Source: Dickeya solani IPO 2222
GTDB taxonomy: Bacteria; Pseudomonadota; Gammaproteobacteria; Enterobacterales; Enterobacteriaceae
NCBI RefSeq assembly: GCF_001644705.1
Contig: NZ_CP015137.1
Location: 4,560,001-4,592,000, forward strand
Length of the DNA stretch: 32,000 bases
Direction of reading: 5' to 3'
Position numbers and translations under genes: made by a program. The notes beneath the pieces are model-generated. The model had not been told where the DNA came from. It saw only the letters and a program-made list of their open reading frames with translations, and did not search any database. The first letter of the stretch is position 1. Each line of letters begins with the position of its first letter. Shown piece by piece: positions 1 to 7,365 of this stretch.

Positions 1-825
1 CAGTTCAGCCTCATAATCGCCGAGAAAATAGGTTAATCCTTCACTCCAGCCGGCCGGCCCGGCAGCCTGGGTGCGATAAAATTGTCCACAATAATTAGGT
101 GACAATGTCACTTTATTGCTAACGTATCCCTTAATGATGACGGCATAGTCGGTTGCCTCCAGCAGCGAAATATCGTTCGGCCCATCACCTAAACCGAGCG
201 TGACCGGCGGAACGTTACCCGTCGCTTCAATATGCTGCTTCAGCCAGTTCACGGCGGCGCCTTTACTAATACCTTCATGCATCACGTGGAAAAAACGGCC
301 TCCTTCAGTCACCGACAAGTGTTTTTGAGCCAGACACACCCTAAACATTTCCAGTGATGCCGCATCCCCTTGCCACAGCACGGGTTCTGAGGCGGTACGT
401 TGGCGAGCCAGTGCAGCTTGCGGCAGCGTCAGTCCGGTGGCAGCCGCCACAGCGGTATCATCCATATCGGCAAAACCGTGAAACAGGAAACCGTACTGCT
501 CGCGTAACGCCTGTAACTGTCGGCAAATGTCGGGGTAAGCAAGTGACGTGGGCGGTAGCGATGTCTGCAATCGCGTTTGCCAGGATGTCGGCAGCAGAAT
601 ATCGGCGCCGTTTTCCGCGATGGCTGGCATGTTGTGCAATGCCAGCTCCTGTTGAATCGACATAATTTCTGCCGCGGTTTTGCTGGTCGTGAGGATCACC
701 GGCACACGGTGGGACAGCAGCCGCTTTAGCCACGGGCGAGCGTCATCCCAGCGGTAGGTGTCGTGGTCCAGCAATGAACCATCAAGATCAGTAAAAATGA
801 CCCAATTTTTAGCCGCTTCAGGCAT
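1..825 (-). CDS. yedP: HAD-IIB phosphatase, mannosyl-3-phosphoglycerate phosphatase family (YedP-like); 3' end lies beyond the window edge
   Basis: Absent from the ORF track because it has no stop inside the window. The minus-strand frame is open from ATG (825-823) to base 1 (275 codons). Translation MPEAAKNWVIFTDLDGSLLDHDTYRWDDARPWLKRLLSHRVPVILTTSKTAAEI...TLGLGDGPNDISLLEATDYAVIIKG...AGPAGWSEGLTYFL shows HAD motif I (DLDGS) and motif IV (GDGPND). It is colinear with E. coli YedP as I remember that sequence. Confidence 0.75.
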   Translation of the reverse strand, partial: MPEAAKNWVIFTDLDGSLLDHDTYRWDDARPWLKRLLSHRVPVILTTSKTAAEIMSIQQELALHNMPAIAENGADILLPTSWQTRLQTSLPPTSLAYPDICRQLQALREQYGFLFHGFADMDDTAVAAATGLTLPQAALARQRTASEPVLWQGDAASLEMFRVCLAQKHLSVTEGGRFFHVMHEGISKGAAVNWLKQHIEATGNVPPVTLGLGDGPNDISLLEATDYAVIIKGYVSNKVTLSPNYCGQFYRTQAAGPAGWSEGLTYFLGDYEAEL

Positions 826-1358
826 TTCGTCTCCTATAGGCGCTCGACAGGTAGTGATTTATCCAGAGTACGGCACAAGACAAACTGACATGCGGATTGG
901 GCGGGAAACGCTATTTGCCTGATTATTTTGGTGAAAATGATTTGAGTGCTTTATTAAGCCTATGCACAGATCTCAGTTTTCGCAAATTCATCGCCAAAAT
1001 GAACGTTGAAGCAAAGTGCTGGCAAAAAATGAGGACTGAGCATAAGGTAAAAACTATTGATGATCTCAATCTAAAGTCAGTCGCGTCGCCGGCAGGACAG
1101 CGCATTGCATCCGGAAGAAAAACCATCGAGGTGCGAAAGTGTGTTGCCTGGTAAAGTATACCCATGATAGGAGCGTTTTTTAGTCACCAGTCTTTAATCA
1201 GTGAAACCCCTATCTTTACCTTGTCCAGGGTCGCCTGGTGGGCAAAAGCTGGCAGACTAAATGCCGCGAACAATGGAATAAGGGACAGACGAAAGCGTTG
1301 CATATTAATATTTTTCCTTGGGTTTTATTTCGTGACAACATCTTCTGATGTTTCCCCG

Positions 1359-2288
1359 TTACCGAATGTTCTTGTCCAGGAATTCACGAATGACGGGAAA
1401 AATTTCCTTTCCGTGTGTTTCGAGCGCGAAATGTCCAGTGTCATAAAAGATAATGTCTGCCTCGGGTAGGTCACGTTTCCAGGCCTCAGCGCCCGCAGTG
1501 AGGAAAAACGGATCGTGTCTTCCCCAAACGGCCAATAATGGTGGCTGATACTCACGGAAATATCGCTGGAAGGTAGGATACATCGCCACGTTCGAGGCAT
1601 AATCCAGCACCAGATCGAGTTGAATCTCCGCATTGCCCGGCCGCAATATCTGCAGCCCTTCAAGCGTGTAGCCATCAGGTGAAACCAGACTCTGATCGGT
1701 AACTCCCTCAAGGTATTGCCACTTAATCGAGGCCGGGGTCGGAAAGTCATACAGAGCATTCCGATTTTGCTGTGTGGGTTCGCGCCAGTATTTTTGGATA
1801 GTCGCCCAGCCTTCACCCAGTCCTTCTTCATAGGCGTTGCCGTTCTGGGAAATGATGGCAGTCACCCGCTGCGGATGGGCGACCGCCAGACGCCAGCCCA
1901 CCGGGGCACCGTAGTCGTGAACCATGAGAGCGTAGGTATTGAGATTGAGCTGTTCAGTGAACTGGCTAATGGTCTCCGCCAACTGGCTGAAGGTGTATGC
2001 ATACTGGTCTCTTGCCGGGGCTTCGGTAAAGCCGAATGCCGGTAGATCTGGCGCGATCAGGTGATAACGATCGGCCAGCCGGGGAATAAGGTCGCGGAAC
2101 ATAAATGATGAGGCAGCGAAGCCGTGAAGTAACAGTATGGTGGGCGCTTCAGGATTGCCTGCCTCACGGTAGAAAACCTTCACATTCCCTATCTGCTTGA
2201 AGCGGTAATGAACCGAAATGGCGTGCGTAGCATCATCCGATACAGAGACCATAGGTTCCGCAGCTGACATTGATGTAGAAGAAGTCAT
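1359..2288 (-). CDS. alpha/beta-fold hydrolase (epoxide-hydrolase / haloalkane-dehalogenase-like subgroup)
   Basis: The ORF 1359-2300 is 313 codons. I placed the start at the internal ATG 2288 because GGAG lies 7 nt upstream, whereas ATG 2300 has no SD. LLLHGFAASSFMFRDLIPRL carries the HG oxyanion motif. MVHDYGAPVGW is an Asp-type nucleophile elbow. The C-terminal DTGHFALETH carries the catalytic His. Confidence 0.85.
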   Translation of the reverse strand: MTSSTSMSAAEPMVSVSDDATHAISVHYRFKQIGNVKVFYREAGNPEAPTILLLHGFAASSFMFRDLIPRLADRYHLIAPDLPAFGFTEAPARDQYAYTFSQLAETISQFTEQLNLNTYALMVHDYGAPVGWRLAVAHPQRVTAIISQNGNAYEEGLGEGWATIQKYWREPTQQNRNALYDFPTPASIKWQYLEGVTDQSLVSPDGYTLEGLQILRPGNAEIQLDLVLDYASNVAMYPTFQRYFREYQPPLLAVWGRHDPFFLTAGAEAWKRDLPEADIIFYDTGHFALETHGKEIFPVIREFLDKNIR

Positions 2289-2300
2289 GATAAACTCCAT

Positions 2301-2348
2301 GTAACCAGTAAATGATTAATTTGAAGGTTACTCTGGTTTTTGGTAACC
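2301..2348. promoter_or_regulatory. Divergent intergenic region with three GTAACC/GGTTAC hexamers (candidate operator)
   Basis: GTAACC at 2301-2306, GGTTAC at 2326-2331 and GTAACC at 2343-2348. The last two form GGTTAC-N11-GTAACC. All lie in the 92-bp spacer between the hydrolase start (2288) and the CGNR gene start (2381). Confidence 0.3.
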
Positions 2349-2380
2349 TGTCAAAACAATTTTATAAGTTACGGATCATT

Positions 2381-2956
2381 ATGAATTCTGACAGCATTTC
2401 TTCTGATGTTCTCTTTCTGGCTGATAACCTCGCGCTCGATTTCATCAACAGTGAATACGGTGTGGGTGAGGGGCGGCATGACTGCCTGAACAACGATCGC
2501 AGCGTTATAAACTGGCTAACGCTGGCTGGTTTATTACCAGAAAGCGCTGAAACACCGCATGGGTTATTAGCTGAAGCTCGACAGCTTCGCGATGCGTCAA
2601 GGGCGGTGATAAAAGCCGCCATGAACGGTGTTTCGGTGGACCTCACTGTGGTCAATCAGATACTTGAGGCGGGGCGTCCTGCGAGGAGGCTGGAATGGGA
2701 TGGAGACGCTCAGCAATTTCGAGTCGATGTTCATCAAAGGAACAATAGCCCGGCAAGCCTGCTTTGGCCTGTCGCCGATGCACTGGTAAATCTGGTTACC
2801 GGCGATAAATTCGAATTCGTCCGCCAGTGTGAAGCGCATGAATGCATTCTGCTATTCCACGATCTGAGTAAATCTCATCGCCGCCGCTGGTGCAGCATGG
2901 CGACCTGTGGCAATCGTATGAAAGTGGCAGCGTTTCGATCCAGGAAGAAACCTTAA
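2381..2956 (+). CDS. CGNR zinc-finger domain protein (ABATE + zf-CGNR, putative regulator)
   Basis: The C-terminus CEAHECILLFHDLSKSHRRRWCSMATCGNRMKVAAFRSRKK is the zf-CGNR signature. The N-terminal LADNLALDFINSEYG resembles the ABATE domain start. I moved the start from 2312 to ATG 2381 (MNSDSISS...), which removes an AT-rich leader with no homology. Confidence 0.85.
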   Translation: MNSDSISSDVLFLADNLALDFINSEYGVGEGRHDCLNNDRSVINWLTLAGLLPESAETPHGLLAEARQLRDASRAVIKAAMNGVSVDLTVVNQILEAGRPARRLEWDGDAQQFRVDVHQRNNSPASLLWPVADALVNLVTGDKFEFVRQCEAHECILLFHDLSKSHRRRWCSMATCGNRMKVAAFRSRKKP

Positions 2957-3226
2957 CAGGGCTGATTCCATTATCCGCAGGCTCCTTGAAAGAAACTGGG
3001 CAAAGTACAGGCATCGGTGCTGGTCCGTTCATAAGCGGGAAGAAAGCCGCCATGCAGTTTCCAGGGTAATCCACGGTCAGGAACGTCAGAACTCACTTGA
3101 TTACATGTCGGTTCGCATAATGTATATTATGTTAAATTTCATGTAAGTGTATCTAAACCCCTCACAGAACATTTGTTTCTCCAAAAATCAATAAGTTGAG
3201 ATTTTTGATGCAGCCCCCTTTTCTCT

Positions 3227-3447
3227 GATGCGGTGGCCGAGTCGTTCTTCAGTTCGCTGAAAAAAGAGCGCATCAGAAAACGGATCTACAAAACCCGCGC
3301 TCTGGCCCGGGCGGATATCTTCGATTACATTGAAATGTTCTACAACAGGGCCAGGCGGCACAGTCATCTCGGCGGCATCAGTCCGGAGGCTTTTGAACAG
3401 GCCTCGTCGTGAGGACAGGAAATGTCTGCGGTTGTGGGGTCAGTCCA
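3227..3447 (+). mobile_element. IS3-family transposase (OrfB) C-terminal remnant with right terminal repeat
   Basis: The frame from 3227 reads DAVAESFFSSLKKERIRKRIYKTRALARADIFDYIEMFYNRARRHSHLGGISPEAFEQASS* (stop 3410-3412). This is the conserved C-terminal end of IS3-family OrfB. An in-frame TGA at 3206 means only about 61 codons survive. The element end reads ...GGGGTCAGTCCA at 3447 (reverse complement TGGACTGACCCC...), giving the TG/CA termini typical of the family. Confidence 0.8.
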
Positions 3448-3700
3448 AAGCCCTTGCGGCTGAACTGGCTAAAGGCCTTAAAACTGAAGCGGACCTCAAC
3501 CAGTTTTCACGTATGCTGGCGAAACTTACCGTCGAAACGGCGCTCAATGCCGAACTCACCGACCATCTCGGATACGAGAAAAATGCCCCTAAGTCAGGCT
3601 CTAATACCCGAAACGGTTACTCGACAAAAACGTTGGTTCGGTGACCGCCTGAGCGATCACCTTTAATACCGTGGCAGTTACACAGAATTACGGACAGGCT
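3448..3700 (+). mobile_element. IS256-family (Mutator-type) transposase remnant, N-terminally cut by the IS3 end and carrying a large internal deletion
   Basis: From about 3447 the sequence reads KALAAELAKGLKTEADLNQFSRMLAKLTVETALNAELTDHLGYEKNAPKSGSNTRNGYSTKT, the N-terminal region of proteobacterial IS256-family transposases. Near 3632-3640 the reading jumps frame to ..WFGDRLSDHL* (stop 3664-3666), which matches the extreme C-terminus of that family (..EFGDRL..). About 1 kb of the gene is therefore missing. The right end is approximate: GTTACACAGAATTACGGACAGGCTC at 3677-3701 looks like an IS256-type terminal sequence. Confidence 0.75.
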
Positions 3701-3806
3701 CTGATAAAGTTCGCCCATCCGTCGTTGCTTTGGCTCAATAAACGATGGTCGCTCACTTTGCCTCTCAGGCCAGTATTGCGTGCCGGTTCCGGTGGAATTC
3801 CTAAAA

Positions 3807-4811
3807 TCACACTATTCTCCTTAAATAAGGGACTTTTTTTATAAAAAAAACCGAAATCACGCAACATAAGAAAACAATAATGGACATTAATGGTATAGAA
3901 ATGATGGAGTAATCAACCCATCGTCTTGCGGCCAGATAGTAAAGAATTTCAATAAAAACAGGATGGATTAAATAAATACCCAAACTAATATCAGATAAAA
4001 CCTTCAATTTATTGTGGTAAGATTTATCCAAATGAAAAACCTTCAAAATCCACATAAAAGAAATAGACATGAATATGACATTAAAACTTAAATAGCTATA
4101 AAAATAGAGCCCCACTTCTTTTCCTGAAATCGACGACAATAAATAGCAACCCACACAAGTTAACGTTAATGAGATTAAAAAAATAAAAATATAAAATGAA
4201 AGAGGTTTAGCTGTGTGTTTTCTTGCGATCAAGTGACCACAGATGTAATACGGAACATAGTAAATAAACTCACTAGTAAATAAGAAGTCATCATTTCCGG
4301 TTAAAAAATTATACAGGTCACTTAAAGAACAAAAAACAAACATCAGAAAAACAAAAAACAACAACCTCTCTTCATGTGTATTAATTACTAAAATCCTAAT
4401 CAGCGGGGTGAATATATATAGCCCTATTATCATATACAAAAACCACATATGATAATAAGGTCTTCCATTCATGATGTTTTTTAGTATATCCCCCTCCCCT
4501 CCACCATTAAACTTAACCTTGAAAAAACCCCATAAAATGAAGAAAAAAGACCAGAAAAACAATGGAATAAGTATTTTACCTATTCTTTTTTTGTAAAAAA
4601 TGGATAGGTTTTCTACTTTTTCAGGAGAAAGCAATAATGCCCCGCTAATCATAATAAAAACGGGGACACACCAGCGAACTAATGAGTCATATAAATTCCC
4701 AGCCCACCAGGAATAAGCCCCAAGTTCGGCCAGAGTCACAGTATAAGCAGAGATATGCAAAACAATAACAGCGAAAGTTGACACGATTCTAGCTATATAG
4801 AGCCATTCCAT
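3807..4811 (-). CDS. Acyltransferase-3 family integral membrane protein (OafA/WecH-like O-acyltransferase)
   Basis: A 334-codon ORF that is hydrophobic throughout, with about 10 hydrophobic segments. MEWLYIARIVSTFAVIVLHISAY and RWCVPVFIMISGALL are typical of Acyl_transf_3 proteins. The gene is very AT-rich (16 G+C in the 60 nt 3841-3900). Confidence 0.8.
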   Translation of the reverse strand: MEWLYIARIVSTFAVIVLHISAYTVTLAELGAYSWWAGNLYDSLVRWCVPVFIMISGALLLSPEKVENLSIFYKKRIGKILIPLFFWSFFFILWGFFKVKFNGGGEGDILKNIMNGRPYYHMWFLYMIIGLYIFTPLIRILVINTHEERLLFFVFLMFVFCSLSDLYNFLTGNDDFLFTSEFIYYVPYYICGHLIARKHTAKPLSFYIFIFLISLTLTCVGCYLLSSISGKEVGLYFYSYLSFNVIFMSISFMWILKVFHLDKSYHNKLKVLSDISLGIYLIHPVFIEILYYLAARRWVDYSIISIPLMSIIVFLCCVISVFFIKKVPYLRRIV

Positions 4812-5307
4812 TTTATTATGTTCTCTTTGTTATATTTATCATGAAATAATCAACAACATATTATGTTTTATAGATAATAATTATAACCTATCCCAACCAA
4901 TGCGTATTCATTGGCGTGGCTGGCTTATGGCCAGATAGCGCATTTTAACGGACAAGGGGATTATCCGGATCAATGGACGAGCATAACGAGTAACCCAGAT
5001 TATGTGAAGATATCGAGGTTATCCAGGTTAAAAAATGACAATTAAAATAATCCTAACGGGATAATAGCTTCATCATATCACAGTAAAAATAGCATTCCAC
5101 GCATAAAACACGCTACTGACGTTATAAAAGGAATTTTGTCCTAATCTGGCACAACGCGTTGTGCCGCTGTATGTGATCTACAGTCCGATTAAAGCGCTCC
5201 TTGCCTTCAATGCCGTCGTTCCCCTGCTATCAACCTGCCACGATGCCGACAGGTTAAGGATGCGAGCATACAGCGATTTTTCATCCATAATAATTCCACA
5301 CAGATGA

Positions 5308-5826
5308 TTACTTTAAGCGGAGGTGATTATTTTTCGCCCACTTCCTTAATCTTCCATTAGCATTGGCATAGGGTGATGACGTGTTCAATGAGATCATTCG
5401 TCCCATAGTCCATTTGCCATACCATGGCTTGCCATACAGATCTTCATTAGTACGCTCATCAATAAGTTTCACTATTTCATCGTTTACTGACTGAAGGTCG
5501 CGTATTAACGACTGGTAGTTTAATTCTTTGTAATCAAAGTAAAATTTCTGCGCCAGAAGCCCAAGTTGATTCCACTTATAACCGGTTTCAGGGAAGTCGA
5601 CAGGTTGACCTTTTGCATCACAGGTAATCCATTTTACAACCAGAATGTTCCATCCCAGCAAATACGAAACAAGATCACAAACACTCATCTCCGTACCTTT
5701 CGCATGACCATCCATCGATTTATCCGAAGTGAGCTCAGGCGGAACAGCGTTGAGGTAACTGATTAATTTCGTGAAATTTTTATCAATAGCGGAAAGCAGT
5801 TCGGACTTTGTTTGTGGCACGCCCAT
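5308..5826 (-). CDS. ClbS/DfsB-family four-helix-bundle protein (DUF1706; colibactin self-protection protein family)
   Basis: From ATG 5826 the product is 172 aa: MGVPQTKSELLSAIDKNFTKL...GHAKGTEMSVCDLVSYLLGWN...FPETGYKWNQLGLLAQKFYFDYK...LYGKPWYGKWTMGRMISLNTSSPYANANGRLRKW. It is colinear with E. coli ClbS (about 170 aa) as I recall it, including the GHAKGT, FPE.G.KWN.LG.LAQKFY and LYGKPWY.KWT.GRMI blocks. The ORF-track start 5895 adds 23 residues with no homology. Confidence 0.8.
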   Translation of the reverse strand: MGVPQTKSELLSAIDKNFTKLISYLNAVPPELTSDKSMDGHAKGTEMSVCDLVSYLLGWNILVVKWITCDAKGQPVDFPETGYKWNQLGLLAQKFYFDYKELNYQSLIRDLQSVNDEIVKLIDERTNEDLYGKPWYGKWTMGRMISLNTSSPYANANGRLRKWAKNNHLRLK

Positions 5827-6214
5827 CAAGAACGCCCTCTCAGTTTTAAAACCGATGCCATGAAGGCACAGGTGTCGTGTTTGGAAAACAATCAATTATG
5901 ACCCACCTGCCACCACAGGGGAAGACCATGAGAAAACACCAATCCATTGACAGTGGTTGTCATAAATTTCCTATCAGCTTTCGATTGAAGATAATGGATA
6001 TTATTACGTTATATCATACCATTTCCCATTTATTCCTCCTGGTGCCATATTTAACCCGATCAATGACAAATAATTTCTTTATTCATAATGGATGATTATT
6101 TTATAAATTTATTTTAGGATTTATCTTATTCACTGAAATATTAATATTTAACAATGTTTAATATGAAGCAGGACGTGCTTCTTATCTGACATCAAATAAT
6201 ATATGGACGTGAAT

Positions 6215-6907
6215 ATGATGAAATTCAAAAAGGCTTTTTTAATATCTTCACTATTATTACCTCTGGCCCATAGTGCCCAGGCAGCCTGGGAACTTGGCGA
6301 TATCTGCTACGGCTATGCAACAGCCACAGGTTCGGGTTATTCCGGCGGCGCTTTATTGCTGGATCCGATCCCTGCCAATATGGAGATAACCGCGTTAAAC
6401 AGAACGCAACTGGACTATAAAGGCGTTAAAGCGGCGCTCGCCGGCGCTTATCTCAAAGTCACCGGGCCTAAGGGAAGCACAATTGTTTATGTTACTGATT
6501 TATATCCTGAAGGTGGCGATTGTGCGCTGGACTTGTCATTCAATGCGTTCGAGAAAATTGGCAATTTACAGGATGGAAAAATTAATATCCAATGGGAGCT
6601 GGTAAAAGCGCCGGTAAACGGTAATGTGGTATACAGAGTTAAAGAGGGGTCTAATCCTTATTGGGCGGCAGTGCAATTCAGAAACGTCAAATATCCGATT
6701 ATTGAGATGAAGTATCTGCGAGGTAGTCAATGGGTCAGCGCGCCAAAAACAGATTACAATCACTTTATTCTGGAATTCGTTGGAAAAAATGATATCCCGA
6801 TCGAGTTTACCGATATCAAAGGCAATATATTAAGCGATACGCTCCCGCCAATGTCAGACAGCACGTCATCCGCCTATTTGATCACCGGAAAAGTACAACT
6901 GCCTTAA
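6215..6907 (+). CDS. yoaJ: Secreted bacterial expansin (EXLX1/YoaJ-like: DPBB domain + CBM63-like domain)
   Basis: Signal peptide MMKFKKAFLISSLLLPLAHSAQA. The mature part GYATATGSGYSGGALLLDPIPANMEITALN...GVKAALAGAYLKVTGPKGSTIVYVTDLYPEG...DGKINIQWELVKAP...YRVKEGSNPYWAAVQFRN.KYP...DYNHF is nearly colinear with B. subtilis YoaJ/EXLX1 as I recall it. The start could be 6203, 6215 or 6218. Confidence 0.88.
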   Translation: MMKFKKAFLISSLLLPLAHSAQAAWELGDICYGYATATGSGYSGGALLLDPIPANMEITALNRTQLDYKGVKAALAGAYLKVTGPKGSTIVYVTDLYPEGGDCALDLSFNAFEKIGNLQDGKINIQWELVKAPVNGNVVYRVKEGSNPYWAAVQFRNVKYPIIEMKYLRGSQWVSAPKTDYNHFILEFVGKNDIPIEFTDIKGNILSDTLPPMSDSTSSAYLITGKVQLP

Positions 6908-6938
6908 TCTCCATGATGACAATAAGCTGTTGAGTAAC

Positions 6939-6967
6939 GAGAGTTGCCGGTTATACCGGTAACTCTC
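6939..6967 (+). terminator. Hairpin downstream of the expansin gene
   Basis: GAGAGTTGCCGG (6939-6950) pairs with CCGGTAACTCTC (6956-6967), with one G-T pair. The following sequence TCTTAGGTCCTTTCGCTTTTT is moderately T-rich. Confidence 0.5.
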
Positions 6968-7182
6968 TCTTAGGTCCTTTCGCTTTTTCTACTAAATCTA
7001 AACCGCAATCGCCCATCAGCACTTTTGCCGGCAAGCCGGTCTTATCCGCTCCGTATTTTTCCTCAACTTTTTCCTCAACGCGCACGGTCTTAAGCATGCG
7101 CCGCCTGTTGGCATTCCTCACCTGCCCCTCTGAGAGCAACACTTCAGAGAGCAACACCCTGCCGAGTGCCCGCAACATTCTC

Positions 7183-7227
7183 TTGACAGTTCAGGAATGT
7201 CAATGCAAAACTATACCGTACAGTTTA
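7183..7227 (+). promoter_or_regulatory. Candidate sigma70 promoter with overlapping 16-bp palindromic operator (copy 1)
   Basis: TTGACA at 7183-7188, then an 18-nt spacer to the -10-like AAAACT. The palindrome TATACCGTACAGTTTA lies at 7212-7227. The block AAACTATACCGTACAGTTTAGTTA matches the block at 12058-12081 (minus strand) in 22 of 24 positions. TTGACA-N9-TGTCAA (7183-7203) is itself an inverted repeat. Confidence 0.5.
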
Positions 7228-7365
7228 GTTAATTCATTGGCGTGCTCTTCCCGGTAATCGGGGTTAATCAGGGAGCTAACGCCATATACCGAAGGTTTCC
7301 GCCTTCATCAGGGAAGTCAGTGTTACGTCACTCAACAAGAAGTTCTTTATTACAGGATACGTCAA

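Noticed and set aside
354-733. ORFs 354-665 (+) and 458-733 (-) listed in the track.
   Set aside because: Both fall inside the YedP-like gene, one on the opposite strand and one in the wrong frame. The real frame has HAD motifs and runs off the window edge.
1325-2045. ORFs 1325-1831 (-) and 1716-2045 (+).
   Set aside because: They are alternative-frame or antisense ORFs inside the alpha/beta hydrolase gene, and neither has motifs.
3142-3185. TGTAAGTGTATCTAAACCCCTCACAGAACATTTGTTTCTCC as a possible left terminal repeat matching the IS3-family right end (TGGACTGACCCCACAACCGCAGACATTTCC).
   Set aside because: The shared CCCC..CAGA.CATTT pattern needs a 4-nt gap and different distances from the terminus. 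That is too weak to call without an ISfinder comparison.
3330-3666. ORFs 3330-3644 and 3409-3666 as possible intact small genes.
   Set aside because: They are read-throughs across the junction of two IS remnants and across an internal deletion, so they are not functional genes.
5148-5165. Perfect 18-bp palindrome GGCACAACGCGTTGTGCC in the spacer between the acyltransferase and ClbS-like genes.
   Set aside because: There is no T-run on either side, it is far from either start codon, and it has no second copy in the window. I cannot assign a function, so I only note it.
6951-7178. 75-aa minus-strand ORF (MLRALGRVLLSEVLLSEGQ...) with an internal 15-bp tandem repeat (GAGAGCAACAC twice, 7133-7160).
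   Set aside because: It has no convincing SD or promoter. Its 3' end runs into the expansin terminator hairpin and its 5' end abuts the -35 of the plus-strand promoter. It has no recognisable family, so there is not enough support for a CDS call.
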